The notes: generated by a model from the sequence alone, not told the origin. DNA of 64,000 nucleotides from Tubulanus polymorphus (GCF_964204645.1 NC_134028.1:9734001-9798000), one strand, 5' to 3'. Positions 9,979 to 24,900 are shown, counted from the stretch's first letter. A program made the numbers and translations.

Positions 9979-12900
9979 ATGCGATGCCTCGACCATGCGA
10001 ACACGTACAACATGGGACCGGCCGTGATATCATCATCAATTCACTGTCAATTTGTGACTATTGTTATTATCGCAATTCTATTTAACTGGACAATACTGGT
10101 TGACAGTCGTGATACTCAATGTTATTGGAAGATTTAGTAAGTATAAACTGCGCTTTTGCTTTCCAAAACTAACTTTTAATGTTTATTTGATTGATATTTT
10201 ATTTACATAGAACATATACACAATAATACAGAGAAAAAAATTATAGAGTACAAATGAAAATACAAATTTGATACATTAAGTAAAAAATAAATGGTTTATG
10301 AAGGAGTGACCCAAAAGCCTCAAGGGAATACGGGAGCCTTTCCACCTGACACTGCCCGCACTAATAGGTAATGACATTGACAAGTGTTTGACTATGAGGC
10401 CTCTGGGCATATAATTATGATGCTTTGTTGCATCAAATGATTTTTGTCATCAGCTTCGGTTTTTTTTAAATTTTGAATGATTAGGCCTACATAAACTATT
10501 TAAAGGGTGTCACCAACAAGACTTAAATATAATTCTCCAATAGATATTTTATTCTGATTGATTATATACATTCTCACCCACGCAAAAATTCTCTCCTTGC
10601 CTCTAGATTTCAGTTTCACTAAAAATATTTTTGGAACCCTTTATGTAGCCCGGCAGTTTACAACTCCGCTGTCTGCATTACTATGTAACTCGTACGGCAA
10701 AAAATAAGTCATATAATAGCGTGCAATTATCCTCGCTACTACACAAGCCTCGAATCAGTTTTTACATTAGATGAAAATGCATGTAAACTTCTACAACAAT
10801 TGCTACGTATAATAGATGAGATATTATTAACGTGTTCTATAAAATGATGGCAATTATTTTGTTCGAGGTGTGCCTATAACTGTAGAGTTGTTGCCTGCAT
10901 AACGAAAAAAATTAAGTCTCATTTACGACAATTTGTAATTAGTTTACAAAAATATGGCATGGACTAGAATTACTAATGATATCGGTATTCGAAACAAGTG
11001 TTAAGCGTAATGGAAATTTATGACAACTGATTCCTTGATTTGTAGCATACGGTAATGAATTTAAGTTGACTGATTATTTCTGGTATTGCGCTCGCTGAGA
11101 GTCTGATTTCTGGTGGTGTGGGAGTTTTGATCTGGTTTTGTTTTGAGTCAAATAGAAGGAAAATTGCATTTAAAAAGATTTTCTAAGAGAATGATTTACT
11201 TTCAATATCTCGACGCTAGTCATCTTCAATACTGAAAATGGTTTCTTTTTTTGGGTGTCATTCAGGTAGATAATTATAATAAAGGTGTGGGGGTTTGGTG
11301 GGCGTGTGGATTCAGATAGTCTTGGTGATATAGGTGGTAGTCAGCATAGATTATTCTATGTACTCTATGAGAGGTGAATCCTATTAATTTTAAGTCCTTG
11401 TTGAAACAGAAGTTCTCGTAAATTGTGCCTTGAATTCCTGCTTAACACTAGGCAGTAAGACTTGATATCAACCAAAGACTTTTTGAACTTGATTTGTTTT
11501 TTATCCAATCGAAATTCTATTGAATCAACCGCGCCGTGGTATCAAAACGTTAAACAGTTTTTCAGTCTAAAGATTTTTAAACTTACAAGACTGCAAAATG
11601 TGACGACTGAAGTTGAAAGTTAATCATATATTATTTACAAATCTATTTTAGGAGGATTGCCGAGTTTTATGATTTGTCGAGCGGTTTTGTGTCTCGTGTA
11701 AACAAATTCGCGGGTAGCATGATTCATAATGCGCTATAATACATCCAGGTCTCATATCACCAGTATGACTGGCACCCCTGGAGCTACTTGATCAAATCGT
11801 TTTGACTAGTGTCTTGATGCCTGAAGTGTGCCGTGAAGAAATCTTTTGTTTACTTCGCTGAAAAATTGCCAAAAACTACTCCGAAGTTCTGGCATCCGTC
11901 CAGTCTTTGTATAGCGGTATGCTGTAAAAAATCTAAAACGCTATAGTATTTTGTACGGTTTAATGACATGTCTTTGACTGCCACGGTTAGCAAAAAAATG
12001 TCAGACAATTCGATTCACATTGTGCTCGTAGTAAGATTTTCATGTCAATTATTTCGAATAGGATCAAAAACACATCGTGTAATCTATGGTTTTTTTAGGG
12101 AACAAAATACCTTTTTGGAGTATTTCGAATCAAATTAATACTACAATCACGCGAGGTGTGTTCTGGGTAAACAGGTTTATGTTGGTAAAAAATGTTGCGA
12201 AATGAATAGTCTGAAGTAGTGTTTCTCGAATAAAATGAAGATTTTCAGGGTTTCCAGCTGTCCTTCCATGTCCTTCTTTGTCCTTCTTTCGGAAAAAGTT
12301 AGGACAAACATCATCTTTGTCCTTCTTTTTGACTTAAAGCCCTTCCTCTTGATAAAAAAGTCCTTCCAAATTTGATTTTATGTACTTTTTGTGCGCAATT
12401 TTGTCGTGAATTCGACTGTTGAAGTGTTTTCTTACTCAGACCTGGTAATTCAATTGTCAGTAAGATTGAATATACAGGAAAGTGTTATAGAATTACCCTG
12501 ACATGTATGATTGGTCTACATGACGAGTATTGCGGTCAAGGCATTGCAAAAAGGCTTCCTTATGGGCCCTCATTTTACTGGAAAGTACTTCTTACCGAGT
12601 CCACAAGTCCCTCCTTTTGGGTCAAGAATTACCGAAAAAGTCCTTCTTAGTACTTCTTTTTATCCTGGCCTTACCACTGGAAACCCTTTATATTTTCCAC
12701 TCAATGGTTAGTGCGAGGCAGTTACGTAGTTACGTGTAGGACAGAGATTGGAATCCATTTTGACTGAAATCTACTGAAAGACGATAGTTAAGCATCATTT
12801 GAACTTGCGGCTCAGAAATGCCCTGCATTTTCAGTATATGTATACATTGAAAGGCATCTCATTTTTTTCCATTATCGAAGAGTACTTGACAATGGCTTTC

Positions 12901-15900
12901 ACTTTTCTCTGGTGGCCTAAATTCTGAAGTGGTTCTGATGGAAAGAGCAAAAGAGAGCTGAGAGAGTGAAAGAGATAACAGAGGAGGTTAACTCTCAAGA
13001 CACCTGTTGTGTATCAGTCTAAAACCAGACCTTACACTAGTATATATGGCAATCTAGGTCCGGTTCCATGAGTTATAAGTCAAGGTTTGACTTCTATTTT
13101 ACCTATTTGAAAAATGTATGTTGATTCAGCCAAGAACCATCACGCCCATCAGAACAATTTCACAGGAAACTTAAATTGGGGGGTACCGGTAAATGAAGGC
13201 ACAGACAATTTTGAAAATCAGAAGCCCTCAGGCAGGATTTCTCCTTAACAGAGGCACAAAGTTTGTGGCCTCATTAGTCATAGATATAAATGTTTTCGCA
13301 ACCTCATTTCAACTTTATGGAAAGTAAGGATTGTGACATTCACTACACTGCTGACCTCTGTGGTCTTAAAGGAAAGCGCTATGTATTTTTGATAAGGGCC
13401 CGGGAATCTGTCTGTGATTTACTGATGATTATATTACTGACTGTATCTATACACAAATATAGATCCAACTGCTCATTTTTTTAGCAGACTGAGCCATGGT
13501 CCACAGTGACCCTCATTTCTGGTTCTTATGAGATCAGATTCGCTGAAACAGTAGTCTCATGTGTTAGGCCTGTATAAATATATGAATACGTGTGAGAAAA
13601 CACATATACATGTTTACTATGTGCTCTGGTTTAACAAGTCTTCTCTGACTTGATGAGGGTGTTTTACGTAATTCCCAAGGCTACTCATTGGTATCAAACC
13701 TTTAATCCAAATGAATCTTGCTAGTTAGAGGTGTCTATAGAATCATTGTTACCAGCAATGACCTGTGAAAAATGAGATTTGAGTCTAGATCAGCGACAAA
13801 AAAGTTTAGGTTGTACACTTCAGATGCTTTTCGTACGCAGGCCAAAAATGTTATAATTTGCTTTTCTGGAGTATGATTTGGCAAGTATCACAGTGTCACT
13901 GGTCTGACCAGTATCAAAGTGTCACTGGTCCAATCAGTATTACAATATCCTGGTCCGACCGGTATCACAATGTCACTGGTCCAATCAGTATTACAATGTC
14001 ACTGGTCCGACCAGTGTGACATTTCAGTTTCTAACCAGTTTCTAAACTTCCATGTAGTAGTTAGTGGCTCTTATTCATAATTCTTTATTACTCTGAAAGC
14101 CCTAGATCCTACTTAAATAGTGAAACCAAAAATAAGTGTCAGGGTGGATTCCATTTGATTTCGGGTGTTATGAACACTGCTTAGTGGACAGGCTGAAATG
14201 TGGGATGGGCTGTAGCTCCCCCTACCCTTAGTTCAGATACCTTGTGGGACCAGCCCCAGATTTTCAGTGAAAGCATACTTGGTAAATATCTGATGATCCG
14301 TTTTAGTTTGCTGTGGTTGTTGTTTTGCTGATCGACTTCTTTTTTTCATCGTAGTGATTATGAAGATACTCGAGGTGTGAAGATCATCGACGTAGGATGT
14401 CCCGAGGGTCGTATCGACTGGTTCGGCCTGGAGGGGGCGCTGAGAATGCGATTTCGTTTACCGGACGTATCGGCGAAGTTGAAAGCTTGTTTTCGAATGC
14501 GAGCTAGCTCGGTCCGCGCGATGGTATCTCGCGAAACTAACAACGGTCTGCGCGCGTTGGCGATACTGGACGCGGTAACTAATGAACAGGTCACCGTGGA
14601 AACGTGTTTAAACGTCGTCGGCGAAGATGGATTAGTTTTATTCGCCGAGGCGCCAAAATCCGAATCGCCGATCGGAAGTTTGATTATAGATTATGATCTG
14701 ACGAGTATCATCTCTGAGGATGACATGGAAGGTATGTATGTTTATAACTCTATTTGTGATCAAGGACCCAGTTCCACATCACCCAAGAGTTTAGGATTTG
14801 TTCACAAATGTCTACGGATTACAGTGCCCTCTTTATCATTGTATTCGAGGTGAAATAGTTGGGAAATTTGTTTAGCCTACATTTCACGTGTTGCATTTGC
14901 CAAGGGGAACTTTCTTCAGCAATTTCTCTTGAAAATCGCCTTCATCAACCAGTCGCCACTAAAATGTTTGGAATGATGATATCTGTTCGTTTCTACGAAG
15001 GTCCCATTATCCAATTTGAAAAATTGAAAAACCACTTACGAAATACTTGTGAAAAACTTGGGAATTTTCAATTCATGTAACTGTGGGAACCATGGATCCA
15101 TTAACAGTAGGTTCGGGGCCTAACGAAAGTAATTGCGATTACGCAGAAATTGTGATCACGGTAAAATTGACCGAATGCGTTTGATATTTTTTTCACGTGA
15201 AATTTTCTCGCGGAAGGAATCACTTTTATCGCTGTATGCTTTGGCGTAGTGTGTCTTGTGAGACGTGATTTTCGCGGCGAACCATACAAAATTGCGCCAG
15301 TCGCTGATGAGCTTTATTTCACATGCGATCGGGTTTACTCCACGAATCGAGCTAAGAAGGCGATTGAAAACCTGAAATCTGTAATGCGTTAGAAGACACA
15401 AAATGAGTTATTCAATAACAAATGGTCTTTATTCAGTTCAAAACGCCTATGTGTATCTCAGTATGGCCAGTACCAGAATGATTAATGTAAAATTTTTCTG
15501 AAAATCATAGTTATGTGAGTACTCTGTCACTGACCTCTCCGGCCAGAATCCAGTCGTATCATGTGTCCGCGTGATGTAAATATTGTGGCCTTGGAACTGT
15601 ACACGGAATTTACTGCATGATGTTTTTTTTCTTTCTCTACCTTGTTTTCGACGAAATTGAAGAAAAAAGAATAGAAATTATATTACTGTTAAGTGAATGG
15701 ATTAACATTCGTTTTCACAACTGCAATCTTGTCTTCATAACAAATCTATATCGATGCAAACATGAAATGTATGATTTTGCTTGGAGAAATGGTTGCAGGA
15801 CCCAGGTCCACAGTTGTGACTTTTGGAGTTAACTCTTGGGTTGAAATCAGTTCATTTTCAAGTGCAATATGGAACTCTGTATTGTTGTTGCCAAATGTTT

Positions 15901-18900
15901 TGTGCTTTTTGTAGACTTTCATATTTTGTTTTGATATTTTCTGCGCTTTGTCACTTTGTTCTAGCCCTATGTACAAAGAACATTTTCGAGGCGTTTTTTT
16001 TTTCAATGGGGTCATGGTTCCTCGCGTATCTTGTGTAAATTGTAAATTCTTTATCCAATGGAATCATATATGTTGTTTGACCTATCGCAAATTGGGGATC
16101 TTTTATTCGCCAATGATTGTTGAAAAGGCTAGTTGAAAGTAGTGTTTTAAACTCGGGTTCAGTTGTTTCCTCTCGCTGATTCGATTGCTTGTTATTCTAT
16201 TGTTTGATCTATTTTCGGGGGGGGGGGGGTAATTCGATACGTCAATGATTTTTTTAGAAATCCACGTGTCATAAAGTTCGTTTCGCGACGCAACTTCAAA
16301 TCTTGAGATGTGAACAATGAATAAATAACAGTCGAATAGAGCTAGTATTTTCGTGTATTGCCATAATTTTCGAATGAAAGGAGTTGCAATTTTTGCGGGC
16401 GCAAGCTGCATTTTCTTAAATGATTTGAAATCGTTGACGGCATCAATTTTTTCGCGACGACAAAATGAATTCCGATAGAGAAATGAATAAATAGAAATGG
16501 CACGTGTCTTGTGGCTTCGGGGTTCATAGTAATCTATTGTTGAGAAGCGTGTCTATTGCTGGACCATTCTGAGAAGCTGTACATCTCAAATTTTCCCACC
16601 GTTACGCCGACTTTGTTTGATGATGGGAACGAGTATAGAATCATTTTTCCAGAACCCCGGGGTGTCTGGTGGCACGGGTGCTCGATTGTTCTCAATTCGT
16701 GATGGACTATTTTTCCGTGTATTTTTCATCCTACGCAAAGGATTTATTTTCATAATAGGTTTTGAATGGGACACTGATAGAAGATATATCGACCATTATT
16801 TCCCAGCAGTGTTGATTTTTGGATAAACGGGTTTTCGCATAGCTCAAACTCTTTTAACAAAAGTATTATGTAGAATTGATTTCTCTCATGGTTCAAGGTA
16901 GCTTTATGTAGAGTATGGTCGTATTTTTCATGTAAACGTCGATCATGTTCTTCATACTGTTCATTTCGATTACAGGCAAAGTATCGAAAAAAGCAATGAA
17001 ACGCAAACTAGAGCAGGCAGTCCAAAATTTGAAAAGTTCACTAATAAGCTTAAAACTCACTATAAACAGAATTTAAGATTTTAAGAACAAATTTTATTTA
17101 TCAAGAATTATAGACACAACATTTCAAACTCTGAGGGATTGCCAGGTGTCAGGAAACGTTTCTAGTTAGGGTGGCTATTCTACTATTGAAAACATAGCAT
17201 TTTGCTGAACACAATCGGCATATTAGGGTTTTTCGTCAGCCTGAGTGTTTGCTCAAGGAATAGGGTCTGAGCTTAAATGTTCAAGAATGGACTGTTGAAA
17301 AAAACGACTTGAGTCCATAGTTCGAGTAACTTACTCCTCCAGAGTAGTTGTCTCGGAGGAGGAGGAGGAGGAGGAGGAGGAGGGCGGAATACACAATACA
17401 GGTGAAGATGTAATCAGACGTACAATAATAAATGTTTCCTCAATAAATATAAAGAGCAGTGTGTGATGACCCAGATATAATCAATTCATCAGATCAAACA
17501 GTTTGATGCCCTTCTCGTGGGAAAGAGTGTGAGGTTACTGTGCGGAGCAAAGGCGGTTTGGATTGCTGGTCAGGGGCGCCGCGTTCATTGTTCTGTACCC
17601 CAGCATGACCAAATTTAGATGTCGACTTTAAACATAGTTATCAATGGATCCGGAAGGTATTGCCTTGAATATTTTACCTTCAAATGTATATCTTCTGTCC
17701 ACGCGTACGCTCAACGGACTTGTGTTCAAAATTGGAATTGGCCAAATGTTTTAAATAACAAAGCGTGAATGTGGCAGTTCTTTCAAGAATCATTATAGGA
17801 AAGATTTACTTTCCAATTTGTAAATCGAAGCACTTATCGTCATCTGTGTTGAAGAATAAGTATGGGGAATATCTGGCAGGAAATAATCAAAGAATGCCGG
17901 CCTCAGTAAAGCTGCGGGTTATGAAATGCTGTCTGCAACAGGTATGAAGGTACAAGCCTTGTGAAAAGAGAAGCTAGAATATTATTGACTCCAATTTGAA
18001 AAAGATCTTAGTATTTCAATGCAAAGCTGACATGTTAGTCGTTTCAGCACGTGTCAATTCCTACTCAACCTCGATTTGGAACATTTTGCAAGCATCATCG
18101 AAATTCCAGTGAAGTGCTCTCAGATTTTTGCCATCCTTGACAACGCGTTCTTCCTTGTCGACCAATCAGTATTCGGCATTCTACGATCCATTGGTTAACC
18201 CGATAAGGCTATCACCATGGAGATAAGATTGTGTCATTCCGTTATCAAACTATATTTGTTGAATTCGAAAGCAGGGAAGAATCCCAAAATCTTCTGAGTG
18301 GGTAGGAATCCTCGTTTGGCAATTTTTCAAGAACATTTCAAAGCAAGATATTTCTGCAATTCTATTCTATTCATTTGCAATGATAAAACTGCAATGAACT
18401 CTTTCGTTGCGATGAATTCTTAAATTAATTCTTAGTATTGAATAAACTGTTAGAATTACTGGAATTGCTTAACTTTTATTTGTAATTTTTTCTATTTCTA
18501 TTTGTTTATTTTTTTGCAATTTGAACTGGAATATTTTTGAACTGTAAAATTTTAACTTGTGTTATATTTCACTGTGCGATGCAATGAATTGTTTGAAATA
18601 ATTAACTTTCAATTTGAAATATCTTAAATTCAAGCTAGGATTATGTTTTTGAACTTCGCAATGAACTATTTTTAACTTTATTTGAGCTGTGCGAGAACTT
18701 TTAGTATCAGTTTAAGCGTTAATGAACTTGTACAACGATTTGTATGCTCATGATATCCTTATGTTATACTGCTGTAAAATATGAATAAGTTGATTAGATC
18801 AATATGAATAAATAGACCTTAAGATTTTATCTACACACTCAAAACGTGGGGGATTTTTGCCGCTAACCATATTTTTTAGATATATTTGAGATAATTGGAT

Positions 18901-21900
18901 TCTTCGCCGCACGGAATGACCAAAGTTTCGAGCTCAGCTTATTCTATAGGGCCTTGAATATATTCGGAATCCTCGGATTTACTCATAACAACTCATTGGG
19001 CCATTCATTCTCTGATTTGGCCGCTAGTTATGATTATGGTTTGGCGATTTTGCCATCGGACGTCATAATTCTTCTATAATGCGTGGTGTTCATGTACGAA
19101 GAGGTCAAAAGCATATTGACACCAGACGACACGACTGAGAGTGGGTGTAATAAACATTCCCCGGAACTTACTCCCCGGGATTATAAAAGTACAGTTTAAT
19201 GCGAACAATACAAAATATGACGGAATTAAAAGATCATTTTAATAGATTTACTTGTAATAATAGGAGTAGCGTTATCGGTCACCCGAATTCAACTGTAAAC
19301 TATTCATTTTTCAACCGTATAATTTTCTCTACTCTGAACTTTATTTCATTCATAACCAATGCTTTATATAATAGTTTTATTCGTGTTTATCCGGAAGAGA
19401 AGAACTGTTGAATTATTGATAATGACGATTGAAGGACGTACTGAAATCCTTGGCCCAACGTCTGTGCCATTGTAATTCATAATTCGAGTTGGATTTTTTG
19501 GGACCATAAAAATGTGTCCGACTTGAGAGTGATATGCGAGTTGGATGTTATGCACTTCAAGAATATTTCATAAAACCGTTGTTGAACGGTTATCCCGAGT
19601 TGATCGGATCCGACTCGGAAAGAGTCTGCTGGTCTCGCAGACGAGACGAGCAATGAGTCCCTGCAATTTTTAAGCGATTTCTCAGTCGATTGCTCAGCCG
19701 CACACTAGCATCAAAACCGCCACAAGTAATTTTCAGGCATTTTTTGCCGCCTAATTCTGCATCAATGCCGCAGGATTTAGCCGTATTTAGTTTCAATGCA
19801 CATGCTTTGTGATCATATTACTTGATCAATTGACCACTTGACCTACAATGCTGGCAGATGCAGCACTTGAAGCTGCGTCCTTTTAGTGTGCTGGAATAGT
19901 TTTTGGTGTGTCACTGATGAATTTGATGCTAGACCGTAGTTGTTGTTGTGACTGATGCTGTAGGGGTCAGTATAAAAACGGTTACAAACTAAACACGTTT
20001 GACAGAGCAAATTAAGGGTTATTTTTTCTTACTGTGCAAAAGGTGGCATTTTTACTATTTCTTTCCTATTTGGCAAATTTGGTGGCATTAGTTTCGGTGT
20101 CATTTCTTCCGCTGATATATACCATATTAAGTGAATTTTGATAATTCAGGTTTTAACTTCTGGAATTCGAAAACTTGCTCAAGCATTTTGAACTCAATCT
20201 ACAATGCAACAAATAATAAGTTTTTCTGCAATGAGCAAGAGGTTGGACAGGTTTCGATCCTGATTTAGAAATCTCTGTAATTAAGAATGACATCTAAAGA
20301 TCCAAATTCAAACTCTGAAAATATTTCTTTAGCAAAAGCTGAATTAGGGGTATTTTACCTAGAAAGATTGTTACAGTTTACTGATTTACAGATTACACCA
20401 TAGGCCTATTGGTGTAGGAGCATATTCTGGTGGAAACGAACATACGCAACCAATGGAAACTTCCTGTCATTTTGAAATTAGATTAGAAATGGGAGCAAAG
20501 CATTGAAGGTTGAATAAACAATATGAATTTTAGATTGAAGTACATAATTGGTTTCTGCTGAAAAATCGTCTACACAGCTTGAACCAGCGACCGATAGGGT
20601 TGATTTTTCAATGGCTCACAAATGTAATACTGGTACATCAAGATTGGAAAAGCTTGATCTGTTTTTAAAATGTCATTACCAGGTACATTTCCATTCGCCG
20701 AAGTATCATCTTTCAATACAGTTCTTCACTTTCGTCATATTATATATCGACCTATTAGAAATCTGTAAATATCAGTAAATTCAAGTCAAACAGATGAAAA
20801 TCACCCACGGTAATCAGCTAGATTCTGACATATCAAATATTTACTTTAGAAAAATAACGCAACCATCAGATGTGTTCAGTTTGACCTCTCTAATAAAAGT
20901 CAATTTTATGGGAGATCACAACCTTTTCAAGATGTTTTATTATTCTGTCTGGTATTCTATGTATTGTAAGGGTTCGGCATACAGAGAGTATTATTTCTAT
21001 AGAAGACATGATTCTCATGTTCTTTCTATCAGTTCATTCTTTATCGCAAAATGTCAATCTACATCGGCAAGCTTTTTTCTTCGACTAGAAAGTCATGAGA
21101 AAATTTGTTCGGACGACAATTAGAAGTTTTAACTGATATTCCGTGAATAACATACATCACAGAAGGTTTTCCACGTGGGATAAGGGGTACTTATTTAAAA
21201 AAAAGTGATGGATGGACCTATGAGCAACTATAGGATAATTGGTCGTAGGATAAACAACAACAGTGGCTAGTTCAGTAACAACTGACTCTGACCTGTAAAT
21301 TCTATCAGGTCAATTATTTTGAAATTGACTTTAGCATGTAAATCATGTTGCTATGGATAGTTTGTATCCAATGTTTATCTGAGTTTTTGTATTTCTTTCA
21401 GAATGCCGTCCATGTACAGATAACGAAATGCTACTAGCATTTTGTACCAGCGACTTTGGTAAGCGGATAACTATATCAGATAACTATATCGCAGTTAAAT
21501 CCCTCATCTTTCGTCACCACTCCTTGTCTCGTCTGCTCTCTTGTCTCCATCCACTTTTTCACTTCTTCATTTCTTACTCCAACCTTCAATGATGACTTCC
21601 CATACCTCTCAGTCTTTTCTCCCTATCTCACCTCTCCTCTCTCATTTCTCTCTTCTCTCTCTCCTCTACATGTCCACCGCCCCTCTCATCATTCTCTGGC
21701 AGGGTTGAATGATTTTCTTCGGCTAGTTGGGTATATGATATGAAAGCCCTTGACATTCAGTAAGTGTACACCTGCGTGGATCACTCTAAACTGTCTCTTT
21801 ATCTCAAGTAAACACCGATTATTGTTCACTCTCAAACACTATTTTCCAGGCACTTTTTACTGTTTGATCATGAATGCTCATCTTGTAAAACTATGATAGA

Positions 21901-24900
21901 TTTCAGAAAATTCATGCGTATTAAAACAAATTTAGTATGTTGTCCAGAATGCCCTTTTTTCTACAGCAGTCTGATACAAAAGTTAAAACTCTATGATTAT
22001 AGGTCGTAAAGCAATAATAATTTTTTTCATATGAGAATTTTGATGTAGTAGTGACCTGTAGTTATGCTGCTGTCTCCACACACTAACAGGTACTGGAAAA
22101 TGCTGATACAATCTTGTAACGAGAAAACTAACTTGAAAGTCGATTGACGTCTTGAAAAATAACACATATGTATTGCTTAATATTCTCAACAATGAATGAT
22201 ATAATTTTATAAGATTCAATGATCAATGAAGTTATTTTGGATTTGAATATATCGATAATTGGATTGAATTGACCGGTGACCAGTTTAGTCCCAATAGTTT
22301 GATGACGTAGTGCACATACGTACTCGAATAGAAAAATAACTTATCAAAAATGAAATGTATTTGATTACAAATTATACTCCAAAATTCACAATTGTAATTT
22401 TTTATTTTGAAACGCCAATGTCAATGGTGTTGTGCACATCGACCCGCACAGAGCCCCTTATATAACTCGGGTATCAATGTGTGTAAGAATTACTAATTAT
22501 ATAAAAATTATTGAAAAAGTTTTTTCGGCTTTAAAGAAAAATGTCGTAGCCTACATGCGATCTTTAATTTCACAGTCGTTCAATGCTTCACTCCTTCCCA
22601 TGTCGTGTTTATATCCTATCTTCAGGCCTGTGTGCTAAGTCAGAGAATAGGCTCAGGAAAGCTATCCATAGACTCTGTCAATCAGACCCGAATAAAAAAC
22701 TGAAAATGCCCAATGTGGATCCGTTGAATATACCACTGGCATGTGAAGAAAGGGGAGGCCAGGACACTGAATGGTGTAGATATGAAATACAAACAGATAG
22801 TGGTTGCTAGGGCCTCTACATCCATGGCCCACTTAGTGATGTAACATTCATAGAACAAACAGGATTTCATTGTGATATATTTAAGATGATCTAGAGTTTT
22901 TCTGCCGTGAGAAAATATTTTTAATGTTACACTTCTTTGGGGACATTTTTTTTTAAATTTATGGAATACTATGCGCAGGTGACACTAACTCATTGCATTT
23001 CTATTTAAATGGTTTGAATTCTGTATTAACTTCTGTTTGGAAATGTGTATGTCTATAAGCCTCCCTATGTTGATCATATTTTATTTCATTTTCTCGAACT
23101 TGAATTGGTCATCATTTTGAATAATACAACTATGTTCAAATGTCTGCTTTTACAATAGTTTTCACAATAACGCGGGTCCGCACATAGTTCCAGGGCTCAA
23201 AAACGTTCTTCCGTCCTCTAAGCTATTCGTAATTTCAAAAACATATTGTCAGCGAGTAGTTGTGCTGGTGAAATATAGGACATTGCGGTCAAAATGACCT
23301 CAATTCAAACAAAATAAAAATCCCAGGTCTCCTGAAAAGATATCATTGGACAATAACAGTATTTTGCGGTGAACTATAATGACCCTTCATTGACCAATCA
23401 GGTTTAGTTTGGTATTATTTCGCCCTCGGGTCACCCTCGGCGCAGTTATTCAACTGAGTAATTTTTTGCATCGTGAGAATTTTTTGTTACGCAGAGAGAG
23501 CATCGGAATTATATTCTATTGAGCCTAACACCTACGCGTTAACGATGACGCGCGGAATTCTTTTATTTTTACGTACTATTTTAGCCACTTTGTTGCTACC
23601 ATCCAGAATTACGTAATATCTGACAGGATAACGATAACAACACTGATAACAACACCGTAACAATCGGATATATTTTCTTTCTTGAAGAAATTAGTTGTTG
23701 TCGTAATGTTGAAATTGAAGAGTTGTGTGGGATGCTATTTCGATGAGTAGGCGGACTAGACTCTAGAGTTCATTATCAATGAAAAAAAACGTGTATATGT
23801 ACTGATACAGAAAATACAAGGCTGGGTTGAGGGGGATTCCAAGGGGAATGTTTTTTTCGAGTAAATTCCCCCTCAGAAACCTGGAGATTGTTCATCCCTT
23901 ACTCAACACGCCCCTCAGTTCTTGGATCAAACAATTATGGCGATTGAAAATTGTTTATTAAGAAATTTGTTGTTAATTTGATAATCAAGGGCGGAGCCAG
24001 GATTATTGGAAGGTGGAGGACCAGTACTGATGGGCACAAAAGTAAGCCACTGAAGGGGGTTTTGAAATTTTGGCGTTCTCCAAGGCATTTTAGCCACTTT
24101 GTTGCTACCATCCAGAATTACGTAATATCTGACAGGATAACGATAACAACACTGATAACAACACCGGTAACAATCAGATATATTTTCTTTCTTGAAGAAA
24201 TTAGTTGTTGTAGTAATGTTGAAATTGAAGAGTTGTGTGGGATGCTATTTTGATGAGTAGGCGGAGTAGACTCTAGAGTTCATTATCAATGAAAAAAACC
24301 GTGTATATGTACTGATACAGAAGATACAAGGCTGGGTTGAGGGGGAATCCAAGGGGAATTTTTTTTTCGAGTAAATTCCCCCTCAGAAACCTGGAGATTG
24401 TTCATCCCTTACTCAACACGCCCCTCAGTTCTTGGATCAAACAATTATGGCGATTGAAAATTGTTTATTAAGAAATTTGTTGTTAATTTGATAATCAAGG
24501 GCGGGGCCAGGATTATTGGAAGCTGGAGGACCAGTACTGATGGGCACAAAAGTAAGCCACTGAAGGGGGTTTTGAAATTTTGGCGTTCTCCAAGGCTATT
24601 TGATGGTTGTCATGAGAGAATCATTCATATCTCTTAATAGATTATAAAAAGAAAATTTCCTAGAATTTTGAGGGCACGTAAAAATATTTAGGGAGGGGGG
24701 CACTAGTCCCACTGGTCCCCCTTGGGTCAGCCCGGCCTTGATAATCAAATGTAAGCAAATGTATACAATTACTGGGTCAAAGTCAAACATCCCACACAAC
24801 ATAGTAAAGCTTGACCCTGACAGGGAACTGTCAAATGATGGTTGCAGGAAACAGCAATCAGGTTCAATCAGGTTCATTGACATTTTCTGGGATGTGCCAT

